From: Bacilli bacterium
GTDB taxonomy: Bacteria > Bacillota_I > Bacilli_A > RF39 > UBA660
Direction: 5' to 3'
Assembly (NCBI GenBank): GCA_017480975.1
Contig: JAFURK010000011.1
Coordinates: 1-50,592 of the forward strand
DNA: 50,592 nt
Within the stretch, counting starts at the first letter, position 1, and the number at the start of each line of letters is the position of its first letter. Both the position numbers and the translations under genes were made by a program. This document shows positions 20,404 to 29,973 of this stretch, piece by piece. The notes below the pieces were generated by a model. That model ran no database searches. It saw only the letters and a program-made list of their open reading frames with translations, and was not told where the DNA came from.

Positions 20404-22353
20404 TTATTCACTTTGTAATTCAAACAACATATCTCTAAGTTCCATCGCCCTTTCAAAATCAAGATCTAAAGCTGCTTTCTTCATTTCTTTTTCAATGTTA
20501 TCTATTAAGTCAGCCTTCTCTTTCTTACTCATCTTCTTCGTTTCTTTTTCTACTACCTCTTCCTCATTACTAATAACATCGCGGATCTCTTTCATAATTG
20601 TTTTAGGAATAATCCCATGTACTTTGTTATATTCCTCTTGAATACTTCTTCTTCTCTCGGTCTCATCAATAGCTTCCTTCATACTATCACTAATCGTATC
20701 AGCATACATGATAACTTTACCTTCACTATTTCTAGCACATCTACCAATTGTTTGAATCAAACTTCTAGTACTTCTAAGAAATCCTTGCTTATCAGCATCC
20801 ATTATAGCAATCAAACTAACCTCGGGAATATCAATACCTTCTCTAAGTAAATTAATCCCAACCACTACATCATACTTACCCACTCTTAAATCATGAATAA
20901 TCTGCATTCTTTGTAAAGTCTTTACCTCGCTATGAAGATAAGCTACCTTAATATCAATATTCTTAAGATAATTCGTTAACTCTTCCGCCATTCTAATCGT
21001 CAGCGTCGTAATTAATACTCTCTCATTCTTCTCAATTCTATTATTTATCTCTTCCACCAAATTATCAATCTGATTTTTAGTACTCCTCACTTCAATTAAT
21101 GGATCTAACAAGCCTGTTGGCCTAATAATTTGCTCTACTACCTCACCATCAACCTTATCCATCTCATAATCCCCCGGTGTTGCCGAAACATAAATAACCT
21201 GATTAATCTTACTCTCAAATTCATCAAATTTTAAAGGTCTATTATCTAGAGCACTAGGCAACCTAAACCCATAATCAACCAAATTCATCTTTCTAGCCCT
21301 ATCACCATTATACATCCCTCTAACCTGCGGAACCGTAACATGTGACTCATCAATAACTAACAAGAAATCATCCTTAAAGAAATCAATCAAACAAGTTGGC
21401 GTTTCGCCCTCATCTCTTAACGCTATATGCCTAGAATAATTCTCTATTCCATGACAAAATCCAGTTTCTTCAAGCATCTCCATATCATAATTACAACGTT
21501 CTCTTATTCTTTGTTCCTCAATAAATTTCCCTTGTTCCTTAAAATACTTACATCTTTCTTCACATTCATTACGAATTCTTTCAATCGATATCTTTAACTT
21601 ATCATCATTAGTAACAAAGTGTGATGCTGGAAAGATTGATACTGACTTTTTATTCTTTATAATATGTCCTGTAACAGTATCAAACTCACTAATTCTATCC
21701 ACCGTATCACCAAAGAATTCTATCATAATACCATTTGTTCTTTCATAACTAGGAATAATTTCGATTACATCTCCCCTTGAACGAAATGTCCCTCTCTTTA
21801 AATCCATCTCATTTCGTTCATATAACATATCAACTAACCTTCTAAGTACTTCCTCCCTAGCTATATCATCATTAACATTAAGTGTTAGCATTTTACTCTT
21901 ATAATCATCAACTTCACCAATACCATATATACAAGAAACCGACGCTACTACTATAACATCATCACGAGATAACAAACCAGAAGTAGCCGCATGCCTTAAC
22001 TCATCTATCTCATCATTAATCGAAGAATCCTTTTCAATATACGTATCTGTCGAAGGAACATAAGCTTCCGGCTGATAATAATCGTAGTAACTCACAAAAT
22101 AACAAACCCTATTTTCTGGAAATAATTCAAGAAATTCTGAATATAATTGCCCGGCTAGTGTCTTATTATGAGCAAGCACTAGCGTCGGCTTATTAATCTC
22201 CTTAATAACATTAGCAATCGTAAAGGTTTTACCAGTTCCCGTCGCCCCTAATAAAACCTGATGTTTTTTACCCTCAGTAATTCCTTTAACTAATTTTTCA
22301 ATAGCTTGTGGTTGGTCTCCATTTGGAGTATATTTTGATACTAAATTAAACAT
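20404..22353 (-). CDS. uvrB: excinuclease ABC subunit B
   Basis: GATGTGKT Walker A, DESH box, helicase motifs, C-terminal UVR domain ([10 protein letters not shown]). Confidence 0.95.
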   Translation of the reverse strand: MFNLVSKYTPNGDQPQAIEKLVKGITEGKKHQVLLGATGTGKTFTIANVIKEINKPTLVLAHNKTLAGQLYSEFLELFPENRVCYFVSYYDYYQPEAYVPSTDTYIEKDSSINDEIDELRHAATSGLLSRDDVIVVASVSCIYGIGEVDDYKSKMLTLNVNDDIAREEVLRRLVDMLYERNEMDLKRGTFRSRGDVIEIIPSYERTNGIMIEFFGDTVDRISEFDTVTGHIIKNKKSVSIFPASHFVTNDDKLKISIERIRNECEERCKYFKEQGKFIEEQRIRERCNYDMEMLEETGFCHGIENYSRHIALRDEGETPTCLIDFFKDDFLLVIDESHVTVPQVRGMYNGDRARKMNLVDYGFRLPSALDNRPLKFDEFESKINQVIYVSATPGDYEMDKVDGEVVEQIIRPTGLLDPLIEVRSTKNQIDNLVEEINNRIEKNERVLITTLTIRMAEELTNYLKNIDIKVAYLHSEVKTLQRMQIIHDLRVGKYDVVVGINLLREGIDIPEVSLIAIMDADKQGFLRSTRSLIQTIGRCARNSEGKVIMYADTISDSMKEAIDETERRRSIQEEYNKVHGIIPKTIMKEIRDVISNEEEVVEKETKKMSKKEKADLIDNIEKEMKKAALDLDFERAMELRDMLFELQSE

Positions 22354-22486
22354 CGAACACCTCTTATCTAATTATTTTTTATAAATTTATTTGTACATAA
22401 ATACATGTGATTTATTCGGATAATTTTTATATTAATTTGCCTAAAAAACATCTTTCTACTATTTACCCAAACCAAAGTAACAAACT

Positions 22487-22886
22487 AATTTTTTAAATCT
22501 ATTAAATCCAAACTATTATCTTGGGTTTCTATATATTCTTTAATCATATTTTCGGTTACATTTCCAACTGTTCTACAAAAATATCCTATTACCCATAAAT
22601 ACTATCCCCAATATTTTTTCCTTCCTACAATTTTTTTGAACTTCTACCTTTCAAATATTGCATCATATCAGATACTGAAATATTTAATGGACATGATACT
22701 AATATATGTACATGTTCTTTGCTAATACTACCACGTACAATGGTTATATTACAGGCTTCACATCCTTGTCTTAACAATTCTCTTAGTCTATACGCAATTT
22801 TTACCAGTTAATATCTTATATCTATACTTTGTTATTCATACAATGTGATATTCTATATCATATTGAGCATGAGAACCTTTTCCCAT
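22487..22886 (-). pseudogene. tnpA: decayed IS200/IS605 tnpA (Y1 transposase)
   Basis: MGKGSHAQYDIEYHIV-stop(TGA where Trp is expected)-ITKYRYKILTGK. After a frameshift it continues IAYRLRELLRQGCEACNITIVRGSISKEHVHILVSCPLNISVSDMMQYLKGRSSKKL-stop, with further shifts up to ..GNVTENMIKEYIETQDN. Confidence 0.75.
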
Positions 22887-22991
22887 AATAAGCACCACCT
22901 ACGATTATTATACATAAAGATGCCAAAAAAATCTACAAGTTCTTAAAGAATTTATGAACTGGAAGTGCGTGGATTTTAGAACCATTGCTTA

Positions 22992-23225
22992 TCAAATAAA
23001 TAAAGTCTTCCTAATTATGATACTATCAGCTTCTGTTAAAAAGGGATATTCTTGTTTTAAATAATTTACATAATGACTTATACAAGCCTTAGCACTTAAA
23101 TATTTATGTTCTTTAATATAAGTTAAATAGTAATTATAGACAAATATTAAACAATCAAAATTTTTATTAATAAGTACTTTTTGTTTCTGATTTGGATATA
23201 ATCTAAATTTATAAGCTTTGTACAT
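22992..23225 (-). pseudogene. tnpB: N-terminal 77-codon fragment of an IS605-family tnpB
   Basis: MYKAYKFRLYPNQKQKVLINKNF is the canonical TnpB N-terminus. The ORF ends after 77 aa, against the ~370+ aa I would expect for a full-length TnpB. Confidence 0.7.
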
Positions 23226-23420
23226 ATTCTAACCACCACCTCTATTATTCTTTTCAAGTTTATCATTCCTGAATAGTCTATGTCAATATATTTTTGCGAA
23301 CTTTTGTTTGTTGTTAGTTAACAAAAATAAGAGAAATTTCTTCTTGTATAAAAAAAAATTTTGCAATGTTATTAACTTAAGGATTTTTTTAATTTGTTTG
23401 ACACAAAAAAATTTCTTAAC

Positions 23421-24152
23421 CTAAAATCTATTAAATTTAGAATAACCTAACTTACTAAGTTGCTTAGATTTTACTATTATTTTTCTTCTTTCTTGCAAAA
23501 TAGAATTATATTCTAAACTATCTATTAAAGCCAAAGCCATATCTATATCTAATTTATCTAAATTATCTATACATCTATTAATAAAACTATTTGGATATAT
23601 ACCACCATCATAAAAAACATTTTTAACATCACAATATTTTAAATTATATAAATATGCAATCGAAAGAATAAAAGCTTTTTTAATTTGAATTTCTTTTAAA
23701 TCTTCATGAGTAGAAAAACAAAAAGAATCAAGATCACATAATTTTATATCATTAGTATGGTAATCCAATAAAACATTTCCTTGATGAAAATCTGTACATT
23801 CTATATAATTTTCTGCTAAAGTATTATATATTTTAATAATTTTGTAACAATCACTTTTTTTTAAAGTAAAATTTCTCAATTTATTCTTATTTAAACTTCT
23901 ATAATTTTTATATCTTTGAAAAGAATATCCTATTAACTCATCTTTATTGTAAATTAGATTTAATACTTTTATAAATTCTTTAAAATTTAATTGGTCTACA
24001 TATTCTAGTATTTGTTTTAAATCCTTTGATAGAAAATACGGAAATTTATATATTATCTCCTTATCAGCATATAACTTACTTGAGGTATTAATATCTAATG
24101 GAAAATACCTTTTTTTATTCTTAATTTCATCATACTGTATTGATTCTATCAT
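23421..24152 (-). CDS. small (243 aa) protein-kinase-like fold protein, family unassigned
   Basis: Candidate catalytic set read by eye: EIIYKF (beta-3 Lys), LKQILEYV (helix-C Glu), CTDFHQGNVLLD (HGDxHxGN-like catalytic loop with Asp and Asn), IKLCDLDSF (metal-binding Asp). No Gly-rich loop. Own extended -10 (TGATATAAT) about 60 nt upstream. Confidence 0.5.
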   Translation of the reverse strand: MIESIQYDEIKNKKRYFPLDINTSSKLYADKEIIYKFPYFLSKDLKQILEYVDQLNFKEFIKVLNLIYNKDELIGYSFQRYKNYRSLNKNKLRNFTLKKSDCYKIIKIYNTLAENYIECTDFHQGNVLLDYHTNDIKLCDLDSFCFSTHEDLKEIQIKKAFILSIAYLYNLKYCDVKNVFYDGGIYPNSFINRCIDNLDKLDIDMALALIDSLEYNSILQERRKIIVKSKQLSKLGYSKFNRF

Positions 24153-24453
24153 ACTAATAGCTCCTCTCTTAATTTAATAAAATTATTTATAATAATATAG
24201 TTTATTGTATTATATCACCTAATTAGATAATATAAAAGAAAAATTTACCCTTTAAAAATTAATACTACTCCTACCTAGTTTCCTCTTAAAATTTAAGATT
24301 AATTCCCTATAAGTATTCTATTTAAATAAATTACTTATTCATAATTTCCTCTTAAATAAAAAAGACAAACATACTATTCCTTTAATACATTTATCCTTAT
24401 ATTACATTACTTAAATTTTTAATAATCTGTATCTTAGTTATTTAAATTATTTT

Positions 24454-25671
24454 TTATCTTTTAAGCCTATTATTAATATCTTTAAAAGAATATGTTTCAT
24501 CTAAAAAAGCATTATTACAAACATCTTCTCCTTCATAAATATTTAAAACCAAATCACTACCACCAACTTCTCCTGGCAAAGCAAAAATACCAATACTACT
24601 ATGATGATAACCTAACCTTCTAAAAATTCGAAGAAACTTTTCTGTTAAATTAGATTGTATTTTTGCCACTTTATCATAAAAATCTTTTTCAATCTCTTTT
24701 ATTTCATTCTCCTCTTTCCTCCTAATTTTTAATATCTCTTTATTCTTAATTAAAACTAATAATTTTGCATTCCATCTACTATTTAAAATTGATGGAACTA
24801 TAACTCTATTAATACCAAGCTCTCTAAAAATACCTACAACTACATTAGCAGCCACTAAAAAACTAGGCGTAATATCAACTAAATTACCAACACCAAAATT
24901 TTCAAAAGTTTCTTCCTTAACATCAATTCCTTGATTAACTTTATACATCTTTCTATTAATCTTTTTTATATAATCTTCATTAACTAAACCATGCTTACTA
25001 TTTTGAATAGCATAAATATAACCTACATTATCACTAATTCCCATATAAATTCTCGGAAACTCGAAAATTCTTTCACCATTGTCAGAATTTTTTAGAAACA
25101 TTTGAAAAGAATATGGTGTTTCATTCTCAAGTCGATTCTTTACAACCAAAACTTCTATAATCCCATCTAATGTTTCACTATAACATACTTCCTTAGGTTC
25201 TACATACTCAACTAATCGCCCTAATTCAAAAAAATTAATTCTCTTCCTTAAATAAGCACATGGATTATTAAAATCCTCATTAGTAGCATTTGACCAAAGC
25301 AAAGTCATAATCTGCTTTTCTTTAGAGATACCTTTTTCATTATCCAAAAAATGATTATTTTTAACCTCATCATAAAAATTATCATCACTATAAAACTTTA
25401 AAGCCTTATCAACATACTCTAATAATAACTTTTCAAATTCAGCCCTATTTTTAATTAATAAAGTAGGAATATTTAAATATAAATTATCTTGATCAATTTT
25501 TGAACTTACCTCATCTAGATCAAAATTATTCTTATCAGACATTATCTCTATATCATCTTCTACTATCCTAGTATTAAATATCATATTGTATTTAAAATAA
25601 CAATCAATTCTTCCTTCAGCGGCTTCTTTTACTACAAAATTATAAAATAAATCTAATAAATCACTTTTCAT
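24454..25671 (-). CDS. 405-aa cytoplasmic protein with no family recognisable by eye
   Basis: Long uninterrupted ORF with SD AGGAGAG upstream. No TM helix, signal peptide, nucleotide-binding loop or Cys cluster. A Lys/Glu coiled segment (KIRRKEENEIKEIEKDFYDKVAKIQ) precedes FLRIFRRLGY. Confidence 0.6.
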   Translation of the reverse strand: MKSDLLDLFYNFVVKEAAEGRIDCYFKYNMIFNTRIVEDDIEIMSDKNNFDLDEVSSKIDQDNLYLNIPTLLIKNRAEFEKLLLEYVDKALKFYSDDNFYDEVKNNHFLDNEKGISKEKQIMTLLWSNATNEDFNNPCAYLRKRINFFELGRLVEYVEPKEVCYSETLDGIIEVLVVKNRLENETPYSFQMFLKNSDNGERIFEFPRIYMGISDNVGYIYAIQNSKHGLVNEDYIKKINRKMYKVNQGIDVKEETFENFGVGNLVDITPSFLVAANVVVGIFRELGINRVIVPSILNSRWNAKLLVLIKNKEILKIRRKEENEIKEIEKDFYDKVAKIQSNLTEKFLRIFRRLGYHHSSIGIFALPGEVGGSDLVLNIYEGEDVCNNAFLDETYSFKDINNRLKR

Positions 25672-25814
25672 AAAACTACTCTCCTAACAACTATTTCTCT
25701 ATCCATCTATTATCATTATAACATCTAAATCAAAAAGAAGCATTTCTTTAATTATTCGTTAACAAAATAGTCCTTTATCACATTTACCCCATTAAAATTA
25801 ACCAAATACCAAAT

Positions 25815-25840
25815 AAGCACTTTATTTGAATAAAATGCTT
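25815..25840. promoter_or_regulatory. 26-bp imperfect palindrome, candidate operator in the divergent intergenic region
   Basis: AAGCACTTTATTT|GAATAAAATGCTT, 11 of 13 positions symmetric, about 35 nt upstream of the -35 of the Nudix-regulator promoter. Confidence 0.3.
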
Positions 25841-25873
25841 AAATTTCCTTTCCTACATTAATCAAAAAAGTAA

Positions 25874-25902
25874 TTGACAACCGTAAAAAATACACATATA
25901 AT
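25874..25902 (+). promoter_or_regulatory. consensus sigma-A promoter of the NrtR-like gene
   Basis: TTGACA (25874-25879), exactly 17 nt, TATAAT (25897-25902). SD AAGGAG precedes ATG 25923. Confidence 0.6.
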
Positions 25903-25922
25903 TAATATAAGGAGATGAAGAT

Positions 25923-26597
25923 ATGGAATTAAATAATCCCCTATATAAAAATATGGGTGCTCACGTTATTAACTCTATTTTTACAATCGATAAAGGGATA
26001 GTTAAAGTATTATTAATTAAAAGAACTAATAACCCCTATAAAAATATGTGGGCCCTCGTAAGTGGTGCCATGTACAACAACGAACTAATAACTACAGCAG
26101 CCAAAAGAGAAATAAAAGAAAAAACTAATTTAGAAAATATAAATTTAGAATTTGTAAATGTAATTGATGATATCGATCGATCTCCCCTACTTCGAATGCT
26201 AGGTTTTAGTTTCATTGGATTAGTTGATATTGAAAAAGTAAATATTATGAAAGAAACCAATAAAACAAGCGATGCCGACTGGTTTGATATCAATAAAATT
26301 CCTAACCTAGCCTACGACCATAATAAAATTTTAAATAACTCTATCGATAAGTTAAAATACTTAATAACTAACTCTAATATTTTAAAAACTCTATATCCAA
26401 CTGGATTCACTATCCCTGAAATTCACAAAGTATATGAAAGTATTTTAAATAAAGAATTAGATCGAAGAAACTTTAGAAAAAAAATCCTTACTTCAGGATT
26501 AGTTAAAGATACTAACCAAACAATCAACTTCAAAGGAAAAAAGCCAGCTAAACTATACATCTTTAACGATAATATTCCCGATAAAAAACTAATCTAA
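25923..26597 (+). CDS. NrtR-like regulator: Nudix-fold domain plus C-terminal winged helix
   Basis: Nudix box GAMYNNE-x7-REIKEKTNL, in which the second Glu of the EE pair and the Gly are replaced. The C-terminal FTIPEIHKVYESILNKELDRRNFRKKILTSGLV matches the NrtR wHTH signature. Confidence 0.7.
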   Translation: MELNNPLYKNMGAHVINSIFTIDKGIVKVLLIKRTNNPYKNMWALVSGAMYNNELITTAAKREIKEKTNLENINLEFVNVIDDIDRSPLLRMLGFSFIGLVDIEKVNIMKETNKTSDADWFDINKIPNLAYDHNKILNNSIDKLKYLITNSNILKTLYPTGFTIPEIHKVYESILNKELDRRNFRKKILTSGLVKDTNQTINFKGKKPAKLYIFNDNIPDKKLI

Positions 26598-26753
26598 ATT
26601 ACAACTAGAAGATTAAAAAGCAAGATGTGCTTCATACTATCTCTAATACTGTCATAGCTTCTCATAAAATTTTAATTCTCTTCACAAAAAAATACACCAC
26701 ACCAATAAATTACTTAATTTTTTCACCAAATATGCAACTTTCCTATATAAGCA

Positions 26754-26787
26754 ATAGCAACGATTCTTATAACAAAATCGTTGCTAT
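26754..26787. terminator. perfect 12-bp hairpin between convergent genes
   Basis: ATAGCAACGATT, 10-nt loop, AATCGTTGCTAT. No strong U-tract on either strand. Confidence 0.4.
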
Positions 26788-26798
26788 TATGCTAGTTT

Positions 26799-27770
26799 TT
26801 ACTTGATTTTCCAAGTCCTTATCCCAAAATTAGAACATGGAAATAACTTTCTCTCCAGTTGAGCTATTCTCTGTAATTTTTCTTCATGTTCCATATAAAA
26901 ATCTTCTAATTCTTTAACCCTCTTTTTTCCTTTATTACAAGTAAAGCTATAGAGGTCCTCCAAAGTTGAACTTGATATTTTCTTAAAATCAGCATCCTTA
27001 AATCTTTCTTCTTCTTTTTCATATCGATAATTAAAATTTTCTACATCTTTATCAGTTTTCATATCTATCCTATAACCAATCCCAGAATCATTCAAATAAA
27101 ACGCAATACTATTAGGAGCTATTCCCAGCTTTTTAGCCCTTTTGTTTTGAAATGTAGCAACATTATATTCACAAGTAGAATCAAACAAATATTTTCCATC
27201 TTTATCGATAATACCTGTAACCAAATGATCAAAATATAAAGGCTGTAGTTTCAATAACGATGGTATTAGTTCATAAATTAAACTATCACATCCACGAACT
27301 GAAACATTGCAAGCTGAATACCCCATTACATTTAACAAATCCGTTAACATGGAAGCATTATGCCTACAAACTGAAACCCCAGATATAACACGACTACCTA
27401 ATATTTCCATATTATAAGAATCAGTATCACTTCTATAATTTTTATAAATATTATTTTTATTAATTGATAAATATCCATTATCTAATAAATAATTATAAAA
27501 ATAAGCAACTTTCAAAGATTTTTTTACATTTATACTTTTGAGAAAACTTCCCAAATTTCTAATAAAAGCGTCATATAATTCACGACATTCTAAATAATTA
27601 TCACTATTCCTAATTACATCAAAAATATAATAATTTAAAGAAATATCATCTTCAATTAATAAACTTTTAAATGTTTGTAGTAAAAACTTTTTCTCTTTAT
27701 TTTTCTTTAATTTCATTAAATCAATATTTCCATCTTTATCTAAAAATTTTTCTAATTGTATATCCCCCAC
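26799..27770 (-). CDS. transglutaminase-like cysteine protease fold protein
   Basis: GVSVCRHNASMLTDLL (G.C..A core), downstream FDHLVTGII..GKYLFDST (His and Asp in the expected order). GTG start with AAGGGGGAG SD. Confidence 0.45.
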   Translation of the reverse strand: MGDIQLEKFLDKDGNIDLMKLKKNKEKKFLLQTFKSLLIEDDISLNYYIFDVIRNSDNYLECRELYDAFIRNLGSFLKSINVKKSLKVAYFYNYLLDNGYLSINKNNIYKNYRSDTDSYNMEILGSRVISGVSVCRHNASMLTDLLNVMGYSACNVSVRGCDSLIYELIPSLLKLQPLYFDHLVTGIIDKDGKYLFDSTCEYNVATFQNKRAKKLGIAPNSIAFYLNDSGIGYRIDMKTDKDVENFNYRYEKEEERFKDADFKKISSSTLEDLYSFTCNKGKKRVKELEDFYMEHEEKLQRIAQLERKLFPCSNFGIRTWKIK

Positions 27771-27800
27771 TATTAACTCCCCCTTTTCACAACAAAATGT

Positions 27801-27829
27801 ATTTTAATACACTTAAATCTCTTTGTCAA
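27801..27829 (-). promoter_or_regulatory. sigma-A type promoter of the transglutaminase-like gene
   Basis: Minus strand: TTGACA (27829-27824), 17 nt, TAAAAT (27806-27801). Confidence 0.5.
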
Positions 27830-27947
27830 CTATGACTTAACCATATCACCTATAAACCCAAAATAATTATTTATTCATTTAATCAAAATAGAAAATTAAA
27901 AAACTAAATACAATAAATATTTAATTTAAAGTGCTTAGTTTTTTATA

Positions 27948-29390
27948 TTAATAAGATTTTCCCCAATAAACCATATGCTTAGCTGTTTTACCACAATAAA
28001 TACAAGTATCAGACAAATGTTCTTCATCAAATGGAATACATCTACTTCCAGCCCCACCAGTCTCGTGCTTAATAGCCTCTTCACATTCTTCACTTCCGCA
28101 CCACATAGCTTTAATGAAACCTCTTTGAACATTAAATTTCTTAATCATCTCATCCATTGTAACCGCTGTATCAATATGCGAATCCATGAAATCCTTAGCC
28201 TTATCATACATATTCTCTTGAACATCATCTAATATCTTAGGTAATTCTACTTCTAACTTATCAATATCAACAACAATCTTCTCAAAGTTATCTCTTCTAG
28301 CAACTACTACTTGACCAGCTTCAATATCCTTAGGTCCAATCTCAATACGAACTGGAATACCTAACATTTCTTGTTCACAGAACTTCCATCCTGGTGTCTT
28401 CTCAGCAACATCTATATCAGCTCGAATTCCACTAGCTTGTAATTTATTTAATAATTCATAAGCCCTATCCAATACGCCTTCTTTATGTTGAGCAATTGGA
28501 ATAACTCTTGCTTGAATTGGCGCAATTCTAGGTGGCAATACAAGCCCACTATCATCACCATGAACCATAATAATCGCACCAATTATTCTAGTCGAAAGAC
28601 CCCAAGATGTTTGATTAACACATTCTAATTCATTATCCTTATTTAAAAACTTAATTCCAAATGCTTCCGCAAAGCCATCTCCAAAAAAATGACTAGTACC
28701 TGATTGTAAAGCTTTACCATCATGCATCATCGCCTCTATTGTATAAGTAGCCTCAGCTCCCGCAAACTTCTCACTATCAGTTTTTCTTCCACAAATTAGC
28801 GGAATAGCCAAATCCTTTGTAACAAAATCATAATAAATATTTAGCATCATTTGTGTTCTTTCTTCTGCTTCTTTAGCGGTAGCATGAATCGTATGCCCTT
28901 CTTGCCATAAAAATTCTCTTGAACGCAAGAATGGCCTTGTTGTTTTTTCCCATCTAACTACAGAACACCATTGATTATATAACTTTGGTAAATCACGATA
29001 AGACTTAATTGTCTTCTGCCAATGATCACAGAATAATACCTCCGATGTAGGTCTTACACATAAATTTTCTTCTAAATCTTCAAAACCACCACGTGTAACT
29101 GTTGCTACTTCTGGAGCAAACCCTTCTACATGATCAGCTTCCTTTTGAAGTAAGCTCTCAGGAATAAACACCGGTAAATAAACATTTTGAACTCCCGTTT
29201 CCTTAAATCGAGCATCCAAATTCTTTTGAACCATCTCCCATATTGCATAACCATTTGGTTCATAAATTAAACATCCCTTAACTGATGAATAATCACATAA
29301 CTTAGCTTCCTTAACTACATCTGTATACCATTGCGCAAAATCAACATCCCTCGAAGTAATGTTTTGCACAAACTTCTTATCTTTAGCCAT
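27948..29390 (-). CDS. proS: proline--tRNA ligase, archaeal/eukaryote-like type
   Basis: About 480 aa, class II motifs (FRSREFLWQEGHT, GTSHFFG), Zn-binding C-terminus ending YWGKSY. The track start 29405 is GTG inside the SD GGAGGA; ATG 29390 (MAKDKKFV) is likelier. Confidence 0.95.
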   Translation of the reverse strand: MAKDKKFVQNITSRDVDFAQWYTDVVKEAKLCDYSSVKGCLIYEPNGYAIWEMVQKNLDARFKETGVQNVYLPVFIPESLLQKEADHVEGFAPEVATVTRGGFEDLEENLCVRPTSEVLFCDHWQKTIKSYRDLPKLYNQWCSVVRWEKTTRPFLRSREFLWQEGHTIHATAKEAEERTQMMLNIYYDFVTKDLAIPLICGRKTDSEKFAGAEATYTIEAMMHDGKALQSGTSHFFGDGFAEAFGIKFLNKDNELECVNQTSWGLSTRIIGAIIMVHGDDSGLVLPPRIAPIQARVIPIAQHKEGVLDRAYELLNKLQASGIRADIDVAEKTPGWKFCEQEMLGIPVRIEIGPKDIEAGQVVVARRDNFEKIVVDIDKLEVELPKILDDVQENMYDKAKDFMDSHIDTAVTMDEMIKKFNVQRGFIKAMWCGSEECEEAIKHETGGAGSRCIPFDEEHLSDTCIYCGKTAKHMVYWGKSY

Positions 29391-29466
29391 AAAATCATCC
29401 TCCACTTAAATAATATATTCTAAACTATAGTTAGTTTAACATACTTTACCTATAAAATCAAACTAA

Positions 29467-29973
29467 CTATTCCTTAACAAAATACTTCATAATCTGACTC
29501 TTACCAATGTCTTTAACAATCGGCTTATCATAAAAATCCCTTAAATCAAAATTCTTTTCTAACTCTTTCTTAGTAGAACTAGTACTATATAAACTAACCA
29601 TTACACCAGTTGTCTTCAAATTACAATTATCAGTCTTCAAACTAAAACTCAAATCTCTTCCCTTTCTCTTACTAATAGAAAATTCAAAAGAATCACAAGA
29701 TTGATGTTCCCAAATACCATCATTATTAACTGAAATAGTAACACTACCAATATCACCCTTATAATTCTTACCAACTAAAGCTTCTAAACAACTAATATCA
29801 TTAATGTCAATCTTAGCTTCAATCATACCACTAACTAAATTTTCACCTACTAAAGATGGAAAAAACTCAGTTGTAACAATTAAAGTAATAAAACTTTTCC
29901 CCTTATACATTCTTTGTCTGATATTTATCTCTGTTGACTTCTCTTTAAAAGTTGTTTTTTCAATTTTTAACAT
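29467..29973 (-). CDS. 168-aa hypothetical protein
   Basis: Clean ORF directly upstream of proS, predicted beta-rich, no motifs recognised. Confidence 0.5.
   Translation of the reverse strand: MLKIEKTTFKEKSTEINIRQRMYKGKSFITLIVTTEFFPSLVGENLVSGMIEAKIDINDISCLEALVGKNYKGDIGSVTISVNNDGIWEHQSCDSFEFSISKRKGRDLSFSLKTDNCNLKTTGVMVSLYSTSSTKKELEKNFDLRDFYDKPIVKDIGKSQIMKYFVKE

Noticed and set aside
20617-20850. Plus-strand ORF within uvrB
   Set aside because: It is an antisense shadow.
24279-24356. Two copies of TTTCCTCTTAAA 66 nt apart (SD-like AAGAGGAAA on the minus strand), one followed by a 3-codon mini-ORF (MNK-stop)
   Set aside because: These are short AT-rich 12-mers in a 300-nt spacer and could match by chance. 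The mini-ORF is too short to evaluate, and there is no supporting structure.
26036-26293. Minus-strand ORF inside the NrtR-like gene
   Set aside because: It is an antisense shadow with no SD.
27935-28232. ORFs 27935..28132 (minus) and 27975..28232 (plus)
   Set aside because: Both overlap the proS 3' end in other frames; proS homology is unambiguous.
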